Shown here one piece after another: positions 6,869-18,900 of a stretch of DNA of 64,000 bases; the stretch's first letter is position 1; each line of letters starts with the position of its first letter. Source of the DNA: an uncultured virus (IMG/VR IMGVR_UViG_3300012920_000026). Lineage: Duplodnaviria > Heunggongvirae > Uroviricota > Caudoviricetes. The position numbers were made by a program, and so were the translations under genes. The stretch covers positions 1-64,000 of IMG/VR virus record IMGVR_UViG_3300012920_000026; one strand, 5' to 3'. The notes under the pieces were generated by a model. It did no database searches. It was not told the origin of the DNA and saw only the letters and a program-made list of their open reading frames with translations.

Positions 6869-9073
6869 TTAAAAATCAATTGTTAGTTCAATAGAGGCAG
6901 TACTACTATCCGCTATTCTTATTGGTCTAGATAATTTACCTACCATTACTAAATTACCATCACTATCTAAAATACCTACTTCAGAAATAAATCTATCCTC
7001 ACCTAAAGTATATGAAGTGTTACAACTAGTTGGTAATTGTGCCCCATCTACATTAATTGTAAATAAAGTTTTATAGATAGTCGCACCTATAAAAGTTCTT
7101 AAGTTACCATAAAATAATCTCTCATCCCCAAAATTTAATTTACCATAATTTTCCCCTTTTGGTAAATCTAATTCAACACCTAAATTAAATGTATTCCCAC
7201 TAGCATTATTATATTGACTACCTTTAAGGATGAATCCAGTGTTAGCACTATTTTGGTTTTCTAATAAAACTGGATTAATTGTTTCTCCTGAATTACCGGT
7301 AATATTATTACTAGTATAATTAATTTCTCTCCATTCTGATGGATTAGGTCTTGTTTGTGTCGACTTATTTATTTTTTGACTTAAAAGAACGAATTTATTA
7401 GCGTAAAAACCATAACCGTCATAAGATGGAGATTCTAATTTTCTCATATAAGGTAACTGATTAATATTATTAATTCTAAATTGTAAATCTTTATCCGTAG
7501 ATGTATTATTATCTAAAATAGTGTACCTTTGACAAGGTAATACTGAAGTAAACCCACTGTTTCCACTAAATTGTAAACCGTATGTTAAAAACATAGTTTC
7601 ACCCGCTTCTAAACAACCGCTACAGTCCCCATCGACTGATGGTATAAGGCTGGCAGATAGATCGGGTAACGTATAATTTCTATTAGACTTATAAGACATT
7701 GCTGCCAATAATTCTTCATTATCTATTACAACTATTTTTAATTGTGGAAATACCTTACCTACCGCTAATGGTGCATCAGGTGTAACACTCATAGTAGGAT
7801 CTTCGATTAAATCATAATATTGTATATCTGTTTGATTTAATTCTTTTTCTATTGTATCAGTAACAAATGTCATACCTAATGTTGTACCACTTCCTGTTAC
7901 TTCGTTTCTTCTATGCCAAAGGATAGGAATATCTAAATTTAACAATTTACCACTATTTCCATCTATATTAAACATTTCTCCATAAAAGTTAGAAATACAA
8001 CTATTAGTATAATGAATAACTGAAATACCTTTTATAAAAGGATCCATATAACTTACGGATAACATATCACTACTCAAATTTATTTGTGGTGTTTCGTTAT
8101 AGAGTAAATATTGTTTTGTTCCTGCGTATTGTTCCGAGCCGAATAAATCATGACTATGATAATTTTCACTATCATCTCTAAATTGTCCTGCCATATTTTC
8201 AGTCCACACATTATTCATATTCCACACAGGTATATTTTCTACACAAATATCACAACTACTATCAAAAGAAAGTGTTCCTGTATTCCAATATGATGATAAT
8301 GATGGTAATCCATAATATGTATCTTCGGGGTCATCTCCACCAGGTAAAGTATAATATGTAATAACTGTTCCCGCAAATCCACTAAAAGTTGGTAGTTCTC
8401 TATCCACTTTAATTGTGGATCCACTTATACTAGTTATATTATAAACTTGATTTACTGTTGCTGCAGTCATTGTTGGTGTAGTAATATCACCTAATGTAGG
8501 ATTACTAAATCTGAACATTATAAAATCGTCTTCACTTGTGGCAGTTAACGTAATACCGCTTAAAACTCCTTGTATAAATGGTGTAGTATCAATTTCACCC
8601 GTAAAATTACTTAAATCAATAGTACCACTCTCTTTGATAAATATTTCTGAAGTTTGTGCAGTTAAACCCTCACTAACAGTTGATCCAGAAAAGAATCCTC
8701 TATCCGCAGCTTCATTACTTACCACACCTTTAATTAATTGTAGACTACTACTACTATCAATGGGTTGTATAAAATTGTTATTATTATCTAATAAAAAAGA
8801 TGTTAAAAATGGTTGTTTATCTTTAGGTCGTAATACTTTAGAATAAATATTTTTAGTTACAGAACCATCACCACCATAAAAATAAAATTCTCCTGTGGAG
8901 GCGTTACTTTTGGGGACAAACTCTTTCCACCCTTTTACGTAGTTATAATCTACTTCTGAATCACCCGCAATCCAAGAATTATAAGTTAATTTTCCTTGTG
9001 CTAGTTGTTCTCTACCAATGTCGGTTAACTTAACTCTTACTAATGCAGTATTTTGTTTATTTATATAACTCAT
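6869..9073 (-). CDS. virion tail/baseplate protein, paralog of 5559..6857
   Basis: N-terminal KLTDIGREQLAQG...GDSEVDY and C-terminal ISEVGILDSDGNLVMVGKL. Confidence 0.6.
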   Translation of the reverse strand: MSYINKQNTALVRVKLTDIGREQLAQGKLTYNSWIAGDSEVDYNYVKGWKEFVPKSNASTGEFYFYGGDGSVTKNIYSKVLRPKDKQPFLTSFLLDNNNNFIQPIDSSSSLQLIKGVVSNEAADRGFFSGSTVSEGLTAQTSEIFIKESGTIDLSNFTGEIDTTPFIQGVLSGITLTATSEDDFIMFRFSNPTLGDITTPTMTAATVNQVYNITSISGSTIKVDRELPTFSGFAGTVITYYTLPGGDDPEDTYYGLPSLSSYWNTGTLSFDSSCDICVENIPVWNMNNVWTENMAGQFRDDSENYHSHDLFGSEQYAGTKQYLLYNETPQINLSSDMLSVSYMDPFIKGISVIHYTNSCISNFYGEMFNIDGNSGKLLNLDIPILWHRRNEVTGSGTTLGMTFVTDTIEKELNQTDIQYYDLIEDPTMSVTPDAPLAVGKVFPQLKIVVIDNEELLAAMSYKSNRNYTLPDLSASLIPSVDGDCSGCLEAGETMFLTYGLQFSGNSGFTSVLPCQRYTILDNNTSTDKDLQFRINNINQLPYMRKLESPSYDGYGFYANKFVLLSQKINKSTQTRPNPSEWREINYTSNNITGNSGETINPVLLENQNSANTGFILKGSQYNNASGNTFNLGVELDLPKGENYGKLNFGDERLFYGNLRTFIGATIYKTLFTINVDGAQLPTSCNTSYTLGEDRFISEVGILDSDGNLVMVGKLSRPIRIADSSTASIELTIDF

Positions 9074-9117
9074 TACTAATTCTTATTTTAATATAAATAT
9101 GCTCAATGTAAATATTA

Positions 9118-12042
9118 TTAATAAATATTTCCTCTATTTGTAACAATTTCTATAGGAATTGTCGTACTATAGGTAACACTTGTTATTATTTCCCCAACAA
9201 TAGGTGTATATAATTTTTGGTTTTTAACTCTATAAATTAATTTATCACCAGCAACCGCTTCACTTAAATCAATAATCAAAGAATAATTATTTTGTCCTAA
9301 TACATAAGGTGTAGATGCAATATATTTTACGTCCTTAAAATCTTCGTCACTTACATCTGTAACTTCTATAGTAAATAATCCTTCTTGACATATTGTAGGT
9401 GCATTAGGTATTACCCAAGATAACTCAGGTTTATTTGTTTCCACACTTCCAAATACACCACTAACAGGGTTAAAAAACACTTGAATTAAATCACCTTTTT
9501 TAATTTCTACTAAAATTATTAGTCTTCTAGGGTCTGTATCTGATCTCATATACTCTATATTATATGAAAGTTGATTACCATTTAAAGTTAACCCTACATC
9601 ACCTATTGCATCAACCGGTAAATAATACTCATATGTTTGTTGAGTAGTATTATAGTATAATTTATCTTCTTTCCCTTGTTGTCCTGTAGGTCCTGAAGAA
9701 ATAGGTTCAGTTACAGTATAATTATCAATTGATAATTCATTTGGATTACCGTCCTCCACAAATGCTAACGTAACCATTCTATCTGCTAATGTTGGTGTAA
9801 AAAAGTCTATATAAAATGCATTAGGTGTGTCTGTATTAGCACTATATTCAACCCCTTTTGATTGAATTACCCCATTATAAGACACTAAGGGATCTGATAA
9901 AGAGTTATAAAAAAATCTAGTGTCACCAGATTCAGTTTTAAATGAAGTTACTCTTAAATTACTGATGGTATTAGGTTCTCCTGGCTCATTAATGAAGGTT
10001 GGTTCGTCCGCTTCAAAAAGATTTAAAAAGTACCAATCTGTTTCGGGATTATATAAATTATATTCCGTACCTCTTTTATAGTTATTAACACTATTTCTTC
10101 TTCTACCTAATTCTTTTTGTATTAATGTTTTAATAGGATAATCAAAATATCCTTTTATTATAAATTCCCCCTCATCTATTTCATTTAAAGGTATTGTTAA
10201 TGTAGTACCACTTTCTCCACTAAATAAAGTATAATCAAAATCCTCTACTAAAACGGGATTATCATTAAATACACCTCTCTCACAATCAAAAGAATAAATT
10301 TCTGCAGTGAAATTCAATTTATTTGGTTGTATGACATTTGAAACGTCATTTAATATTAAGTCAAACTCAAAAGGAGTTCTATCACGATCACTTATATAAA
10401 CATATCTATCACAAGATAATGTCTTACTAGTTATAACATTTGGTAATCCCCATGTGGACGTAATACCTGTACTGATACCTGTTAATGAAAACCCTTCTTC
10501 TTCAAAATTACATTGTACCCCTAATCCGTTAGGTCTATGTATAATGTGTAAAAAATCTTTTAGATAATCAGCAACATATATTTTTTCATCAGGACCCATT
10601 TGTAACGCACCTAAACTAGCAGTAATAGGTAAGTCAGCCACAATAATACTATTATCTACCATTTCAGTAGAAGAAGTGTAAGTTAAATCATATTGTATTA
10701 TTTTATTGGATGCACCATCACTTACATAGAATTTAGAAGAATCGGATGAAAATTCTAAACCATAAGGTCCGTTTATAAAAAATGTGTCACCACTTATTAA
10801 TAACTCATTAGACAATGTACCACCTGTATTATTAAAATCTAATATTTGGATTAGGTTCTCATCATAAAATAGTGAAACTAATTTACTACTATCTGGTGAC
10901 GTTTTCATGTACCCCCTATTAGTATTATATGTAGTACCTGTATCACTTATTACTGCAGATGCTATACCACCACTCTTTACCCTAAACGAATAAAATTTAG
11001 AATCTCCACTAGTGTGTGTTATAACCCAATAATCAGTTTCATTAAAATGAGAACAAGCGGTAACTTTTTCACAAATAGGGGTACTAATTAAAGGCATATT
11101 TTTAAAAATAATTTTACCATCTCCACCTGCCCTATTCATATCCACTAAACTATATTCAAAACCATTAGGGTTACCTTCAAAGTCAGTAGTAAATATATAA
11201 TACTCATTACTATTTGGTCGAGGTACGATTATACTAGATTGAGTAGAAGTACCTGAACTTCTCAAATTAGCCCCTTGTTGCATAATAGTATTAGCACTAG
11301 TAAAAACTGTTTCACCATCAGTATAAAATAATAAATTACCTTCTTGATTAGATATACTACTACATCCTTCTTGTGATACTACTGCACCACTTATCACAAC
11401 AGGAGTTGCCCCACTTTTTATGGGATCGAAACTTATACCAGCTCTCTGCCCAAACAACCAATTATAATTTAATCTATCATAAGTATATTCATTATTGTCA
11501 AAAGTTACTGGACCACATAGTGTGTCATTACTACCGGAAATAGGTATTTTTCGTGTTCCTCTAGGTGTAAATTGTGGATAATCAAAACCATAAACATCTG
11601 ATCTTTCTTCATGTGAATACTTATCTTCATTACTTACAGGCTCCCAACCTAAATAAATCTTTTTTTCACTTATCGCACCATAGTGTTCATAAGTTTTACC
11701 ACCATCTATATATTGCATAGGGATATTTGCAAAAATTTCTTTATCAATTAAATTTTCATTTTCATCTAATTCATAATTAAATAAACATAGTTTGTTAATA
11801 GGTGCATCAGTTAAGGCGGTATTACCCATACTTTGTGGTACGGGTTTAAATATTAAATTTTTAACCTGTGAAAGATCATCCATAAAATATGCCCTATTAA
11901 CTGTAAATAATGAAGGGGATAAAGAACTAGCTAGATAGTTAATATTTAAATTAATATCTACTTCAGTTCTAATCTCGTTTTCGGTTACTACTTTACCATT
12001 AACACTAATTGGGTTTATTATATTTCCCTTTATATTCGCCAT
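9118..12042 (-). CDS. virion-associated protein with internal beta-propeller (putative receptor-binding/fibre component)
   Basis: Blade-like repeats (GYMKTSPDSSKL, PYGLEFSSDSSKFYVS, GALQMGPDEKIYVA); late motif 4 nt upstream. Confidence 0.6.
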   Translation of the reverse strand: MANIKGNIINPISVNGKVVTENEIRTEVDINLNINYLASSLSPSLFTVNRAYFMDDLSQVKNLIFKPVPQSMGNTALTDAPINKLCLFNYELDENENLIDKEIFANIPMQYIDGGKTYEHYGAISEKKIYLGWEPVSNEDKYSHEERSDVYGFDYPQFTPRGTRKIPISGSNDTLCGPVTFDNNEYTYDRLNYNWLFGQRAGISFDPIKSGATPVVISGAVVSQEGCSSISNQEGNLLFYTDGETVFTSANTIMQQGANLRSSGTSTQSSIIVPRPNSNEYYIFTTDFEGNPNGFEYSLVDMNRAGGDGKIIFKNMPLISTPICEKVTACSHFNETDYWVITHTSGDSKFYSFRVKSGGIASAVISDTGTTYNTNRGYMKTSPDSSKLVSLFYDENLIQILDFNNTGGTLSNELLISGDTFFINGPYGLEFSSDSSKFYVSDGASNKIIQYDLTYTSSTEMVDNSIIVADLPITASLGALQMGPDEKIYVADYLKDFLHIIHRPNGLGVQCNFEEEGFSLTGISTGITSTWGLPNVITSKTLSCDRYVYISDRDRTPFEFDLILNDVSNVIQPNKLNFTAEIYSFDCERGVFNDNPVLVEDFDYTLFSGESGTTLTIPLNEIDEGEFIIKGYFDYPIKTLIQKELGRRRNSVNNYKRGTEYNLYNPETDWYFLNLFEADEPTFINEPGEPNTISNLRVTSFKTESGDTRFFYNSLSDPLVSYNGVIQSKGVEYSANTDTPNAFYIDFFTPTLADRMVTLAFVEDGNPNELSIDNYTVTEPISSGPTGQQGKEDKLYYNTTQQTYEYYLPVDAIGDVGLTLNGNQLSYNIEYMRSDTDPRRLIILVEIKKGDLIQVFFNPVSGVFGSVETNKPELSWVIPNAPTICQEGLFTIEVTDVSDEDFKDVKYIASTPYVLGQNNYSLIIDLSEAVAGDKLIYRVKNQKLYTPIVGEIITSVTYSTTIPIEIVTNRGNIY

Positions 12043-12078
12043 TATTTATAAATATATTTTATTTTATAGTTTTTTATT

Positions 12079-12891
12079 TTATTCTAAACAATCAATTATT
12101 AGTTGATCATCTTGATCCCATTCATTATCTCCCACTACCGTAACATTACCTTCATATTCATTAGTTTCATATATTTGTGTTATAAACGCAGTATTATAAG
12201 TTGTTATATTTGTTGCAGTTGCATTTTCTCTACATTTTTTATACTTTTCTTTTAAAACATCTAAATATTGTAATAAACTATTATATTCAGAGTTTGACGT
12301 ACAACCACTACTAACACTATTATTTTCTAAATTAATTAACTGTTGTTGTATCATTTCTATTTCAACACTTAAAGAATAACAATCATTTTTAGAATCTATA
12401 AAATTCTGTTGTGATAATTTTTCTTTTTCTGCTAACTCAATACACTCACTATTTTTTACTACTAATTCTTCTTTTAATTTATTAATTTGATTATTTAAAT
12501 CTTTTTCACTTTTATTTATTACACTTAGTTGTGTTTGTAAATTATTTAACTGGTTTGTTAAATTATTTATAATTGTACTATTTCCTGTATTAGGATTGTC
12601 GTTAACATTGTCACCTACATTTGGTGTCTTTCCGTCACCTGACGAAGGTAATCTATATTCATCGTTTGGTGTTTTACCTTCGGGTGTCATAGGATTTTTA
12701 CCTATATTAGGATTCTTACTAGTATTAGGATTCTTACTAGTATTAGGATTCTTACTAGTATTAGGATTCTTACTAGTGGGGGGATTCTTACTAGTAGAAG
12801 GATTAAAAGGGTTAGTAGACAAAGGTGGACTAACACTTTTGTTACTATTACTTTTACTACTAATTACTTTTATTTTAGATGATTTTCCCAT
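12079..12891 (-). CDS. hypothetical protein with SKNPNT repeats and coiled coil
   Basis: In-operon ORF with a low-complexity N-terminus and heptad-like middle. Confidence 0.65.
   Translation of the reverse strand: MGKSSKIKVISSKSNSNKSVSPPLSTNPFNPSTSKNPPTSKNPNTSKNPNTSKNPNTSKNPNIGKNPMTPEGKTPNDEYRLPSSGDGKTPNVGDNVNDNPNTGNSTIINNLTNQLNNLQTQLSVINKSEKDLNNQINKLKEELVVKNSECIELAEKEKLSQQNFIDSKNDCYSLSVEIEMIQQQLINLENNSVSSGCTSNSEYNSLLQYLDVLKEKYKKCRENATATNITTYNTAFITQIYETNEYEGNVTVVGDNEWDQDDQLIIDCLE
12705..12794. repeat. 18-bp tandem repeat (4 exact copies + 1 variant), in frame
   Basis: tattaggattcttactag x4 at 12705-12776, then tggggggattcttactag. Confidence 0.95.
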
Positions 12892-12902
12892 TTTTATTTT
12901 TT

Positions 12903-15900
12903 TTAACTTCTACTACTTCTACTATTTTTTTTATTACTACTTTGTTTATTTCTTTTTTGTCTTGCTTGTGTTGCTTTTTGTTTTTGTTCCTGATTAAGTT
13001 TATTTTTTATACTTTCAGTTTGTTTTTCTTTTTTATTTATTTGTTCTTCTTTTCTTTTATTTTCTTTCTGTTCTTTCTTTTGTTTTGTAGGAATATTTTT
13101 TGCTTTTTGGTTATTTAAATCATTTTTTACTGTACTTATTGCTAATTCTGTAGAATTTTTTTGTTGTTTTAATATATTTAATTGTTCCTCTAAGTTTGTT
13201 ATTTGATTCTGAATTAATATTTTTTCTTCTTCACATAATTTACTAGATTCTGGTAAACACCCACCACCTAAACAAATATCCTCTACAGATATTTCTACAC
13301 TTTGTTGTCCTATAGAATCTTGTGTTACACCACTTACTTTACAATTATCATTAACATCCATATAATTTAAGACATATTTTTTATATACAAATTTATTGTT
13401 ATCAAAAATCGTATTTCTATAAACTTTACCAGAATTATCACAACCTTCCATAATTGTTGTTGATGGTATCACTTGTTCTATTAATTCTAACCAGTAATCA
13501 CCTATTAGATCCATAAATTGGAAAAGATTATTATATGTTAGTTTTCCACTGTGTTGTTCACCACAACCATTAGCTCGTAAATAAAGTTCGTAAAATAATT
13601 TCAATGTAGGGTAACCACTAATTGTTTGTCTGTTTTGTGCGTTAATCAAATTACTTTGTACCATTTCGTCAAACACCTCTTTTACTTTAATTTTAGATGG
13701 GGGTTGTTCTAAGAAATCCAATGGGTTAACACATATTGTTTTGTCTACTACTTCACAGGTTACCCCACTACTATTTGCACTAAATGAAGAATGAGTAGTA
13801 TTACCACAATGTGTACAATCTCCTTCATCATTTAAATCTATCCAAGTACATCCGCTGATTGAATTATTCCATATATAATTTTTATCTAAGTTAAGTCCGT
13901 TTTTACCACTACTTGTTAGTATAGTGTTTAGATTTGTACAACACTCAGAAGTCATACCAGAAGTTTGGTTGAATGTTTGTGCAGACACACCATTAATAAT
14001 TTCTGTTATTTCTCCACCACTATAAGGTGTTGTACCGCTATATACATACAAACCAAATAACGAAATAGTTCCATCCCCTTCTTCTACAATTAATCTCTGA
14101 TCACTATTTAAAGTTTTTCTATCCCCAATAACTAATGTTTGTGTGTTACAATCATTATCCACTATATAAAGTTCTTCGATACTACCACCCTTTTCAATTA
14201 AATCCCAATATCCTGCACTTAGTGATGAAGGATAATCTGCAGTTAATATATAATAATTTTCTTTTATGTCTTCTACAATATTTTCTAATAACCCATTATA
14301 AATCTCACAATCACTTAACATACTACCTACTGAAGTAGCAGATAATGTTAATTCATAATTTTGTGTTGATTCACCAGTGTATGTAAATACACCCTCATAG
14401 GTAACACTCTCACCACTACTACAAGACGATGGACACTCATCACAATTAATATTTTTCCAAAAATTGTAAACATCACATTCAATAGATTTAGATGGATCTA
14501 TCTGAAATGCTGCAGACTTAGAATTTATAATTAAGTCAGAGTGATTGAAATCGTATTCCGTATATCTATATTCTAAATTTTGCCATAACCTATTTTGTGT
14601 TGTTATTTCTAATGGTGTTGCACATGTAACTTCATTTTCTACACACTTACCGTCAGGTAAATTTTTAACTGGTTTTATACTATCCCCAACATATACCCAA
14701 GACTTTCTATTATCTATAGTACAATTTAATTTAGGTAAACCATCACCCTGTGTATTATAAAATGGGAATATATCGTAAGTTTTATAATTTATTTGTATAT
14801 TATCAATTAATAAACATACATCACACTCGTAGTTTTCTAACATTAACGATAAAAAGAATTGTTTATCTGGATATGCACCATTTAAATTATTTAATACGTC
14901 TTGTGGTATTTTTAATTCAAAGTTTTGCCATTTAGGCTCAAATATAGCATTTAACCCACTATAACCTTGTTCTGACAATGCCACAGTTATTGAATCTTCC
15001 AATAAATTACTATTATAATCTGAACCACCTATTACAACACCACTATAATTTTGTGGATTAAACCTCCATATTGGATTAGTATTTGACATAATTGGTAATG
15101 TTGTCAAATTACTTACTACCTCGTTTTCTGGTATAGAACCTATAGTATTATTATCTACTTCTAAATTAAAACTTAATGTAAGTTCATCCATATACTCAAA
15201 CGAAGTTGCCATTTTATCTTTAACAAATTCTAAATATTGATTGTATCTTGTTGTATACCAATCTTGATATAATACCTCCGTATCATAATATATGTCATTT
15301 CTAGTTTTAGTTAAACTTCTAAGTAGTTCTTGAACCTCTTCTAAAGTTTCTTTACAACATTTGTTTTGAGTGGTATTACGTAATTGATTTTCTAAATTAT
15401 TTTTTACAGTTTTAATATCTTTTATAATCTCTTCTTTTTCTTTTTGTTCTTTTTTGTACTCTTCATTTATCTTTAACCTGTTTTTTTGTATTGTACCTAA
15501 TTCTTCTTCAAGTTCTTGTTTTTTAATTTTTAATTTGTTTGAGACGGCTTTTTGTGTACTTAATACTCTATTAACTTCTACTTTTTGTGGTGCAGTTAAA
15601 TCAGTAGTATTACCCTTTCTTATCGTTGTACTATCAACATTTAATATTTTTGAAACTATATCAACATTTTTCTTAATATCGTTTTCTTGTTCTTTAGTTG
15701 ATCTTAAAATATCATTTTCTTCATTTATATCTTCACAGAAAATAGTACTTTGTAATTCATTTAATTTATCTAAGGTTATATCATATTCACTATTAAGTCT
15801 ATTTTTTGTTACTATATCGTTATTAGCTTCAGCCTTACTTAATTCATCACTAATTACATTACTTTTAACACAGTTTTGGAATAATTCTTGATATTTTTTC

Positions 15901-18900
15901 AACTCTTTACCTAATTCCATTTTTTTATTAGATAAACAAGTGTTGTATGCAGTAAATACAACATCTGGATTGTCAGATACGTTGTTGGTTTGATTTCTAC
16001 AAAATTCTTCTATATTAAAATTTTCTATAATTTTAATTTGGTCTTGGTAAAGATTACAATCTATCTTCGGTAAATTTTCTTCTTTTACTGAATCTATTGC
16101 CGTAGTTACTTCTACAATATCATTTATTTGTTTATCAAGGTCTCTTACTTCTCTCTTTTTTAGTGAATGTTTAGTTTCTAAATCTACAATACTTTTCTTA
16201 AACTCTTTTTCTTTTTTATTTTTTTCTACTTCTTCAGATATTTGTTCTTTATCTATTTCTACAATAAGATTACTCATTCTTAGGTTAGCATCGTTACATA
16301 TTGTTAATTCCGCCTCCATCAATTTTAATTGGTTGATTAATTTCCAATATTGTTTTAATACTTCACTATATGAACCTATTAATTGAGGGGTTAGTAACGC
16401 ACATACATTAGGGGTAGTTATAATTTGTTCGAAATCATCACAATAATTTTCACCTCTAAATGTTACATAATTAACACAAGATTCATCCATAATATTACTT
16501 ACTAATTGATTGTCATCTAGAAGGTTTTTAATAATATTTTTAAAATCATCGTCTACCCAACTTGAAACATTACCATTTACATTAATTGCATTAACATTAC
16601 TTGCAAATTCTTCTTTAATTCTTGCCACATTTACTTTATTCACTTCATCCCAATTAGAAATAGGAACTAATGTACCACCATACGCACTACAACATTCATC
16701 TGATTCAGTAACAGTTTTTTGAAGTCCTGGTGTTTGCCATACTTGTATATTATTACTATCCCAATACGGTATTAAATTAGGTATTCCATCTTTATCTGGC
16801 TTAGTTAAATCTAATGTTTCACCTTCCAACGGTACAATATCGGTATCGATATGAAGAATATTATCTTTTAATGTGTTTTTAATTTGTTCACCTTCAGTAA
16901 ACACTATAAAGTTTTTACAATCTAAATTATATATACTGTTAGTATATAAATCTAATGGTATCGGACATGAATCTATACCCGCACACGCAATTAAGGATTC
17001 CGCATTATATTTAATCATATAATCAAATTTAATGGTTACTTCATTGCTTTCATTATTGGTGGGTAAAAAGAACCCATCACTACCATTACTACCTAAAATT
17101 AGTTTAACATCTTGTGTGTCTTCACAAGATATATGAGATTTGTCTACACAAGAATCTATAATAGAACCATTTGTGAAGTTGTTTGGTTCACCGTTATAAG
17201 GTACTAACTGATTAGTTTCAGGATTTATCTGAAATTGCCCAAAACCATAACCTTTACCTAAACAACATTCTTTATATAAATCTGCCCCACTATCTTTAGT
17301 GGCGTTCCAATCCAATGTAGTCTTACTATTTTCAACAGATACAAATGTTACTCTACCATATTGATCAATATTATCAAGTTTCCATTTAGTAATATCTTGA
17401 AAGTCTGGATTACCAAAAGGAGAACCAAAGTCAGTATTTACTTCACCATCTTTACCTCCTATGTTACCTTTACTATAAACTCCTTTAGTATTAGACATTA
17501 CAGTAATAGTGTCTCCTTTACTTTTTACTGCATTTAAATTAGTTCCTTCTTCATACTTAGTATAACCTTTACTAGTGGCTGGTTTAATTGTTCTAGTATT
17601 CTTTAACTCATTTTTTTGTTTTTGAGTATTTAATTCAATCTTTCTTTGTTCTAAATTTATTCTTTCTAAACGTAATTTAGATTTTTCTTTACCAGTTATA
17701 GTCCTACTATTATCAATCTTTTTAGTAACTTCTCTTTGTTGTTTTTCAACCTTTTTTATTTCTTTTTCAATACTTTTTTGAGGGTTATTTAATTCACTTT
17801 TACCTCCCTTTGAGGGTTTAGTAATTGTTGGTGAAGTATTAGGTCTTCTACCATCAGTGTCATATATTGGTTCTGTTGGTTGTGGATCTGGCATATCATA
17901 ATCATCTTGATCTATAAAATCACCATTTTTATCTCTACAATAAACTACGGTTGTAATAGTGCCATCTTCATTTCTTTTATTTACATAATAATGATCAAAA
18001 CCATAATATGCACAACATTCTACCGTAGAATCATAAGTAGTATTAGTACCATCACAATCCACAGGAGTAAAATATTTTTCAAAGTTAGTAACTGGTTGTG
18101 CGTTTCTTACGGCTTCCACATATTTTTCTAATGATAATTGAGGATTATTTACTACCTCACTACTATAAAGTTTTTCATAATTAGGGAAAACAGTACCATT
18201 AAGTTTTTTTATGTAATTAATTGCACTTAAACCCTTAAATGATAAAGTAATGCCTGCAACATTTGAAATATATCCCACAGGATTAGTGTCTTTATCATAA
18301 ATAACAAATTCTGCAATCTTATCTCCTATCTTAGTCGAAAATCCGTCTAATTCGGACTCGTCTTCAATAAAACCAAAAAACTTTTCTCCCTCTTCAGTTA
18401 ACTGAAAACAACCCGATATTTCAAATTCATTACAACCAGTATTAGTACTAATTTGTGTTAAAATTTCTTTCCTAACTTTAGTAGTACAATCGGTTAAAAA
18501 TTTAATTCTTTCTTCTTCACTTCTAAAAGTTTTGTTTTTGGCTTCATTCAAACACTTTTCTTCATATTGTGGAAGTGATGTGTTATCAGGTTTAATTCGT
18601 ATTATATTATCAGGAACAACATTTAATCCTTCTAATTGCCATAAAATTGCTTCTCCCGTATTTTCTATTGGTATACCGGGACAAGGAGGTTCTGTTGCAC
18701 AAAAGAATGATTCTTCATTTTGTTGATTAGTGTATGTAAAATATTGTCCTCCTGCTGCTACACAACACTGAGGAAACTCATCGAAATTAACTTGTGTACC
18801 TTTTTCATCAGTAAAATAAATAATACCATTATCTTCTACCATAGTGTAAAGATCACAAGGATTTTCAATTACTTTAATACCATCACAATCCGTATTTATA

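Noticed and set aside
12705..12794. Possible CRISPR array
   Set aside because: The repeats are contiguous 18-mers with no spacers, lie in frame within a CDS, and no cas genes are present.
12596..13118. Very hydrophobic plus-strand ORFs (GFLLVL repeats, poly-F) that look like membrane proteins
   Set aside because: They are the antisense reading of the SKNPNT repeat and the K/N-rich tail of minus-strand genes.
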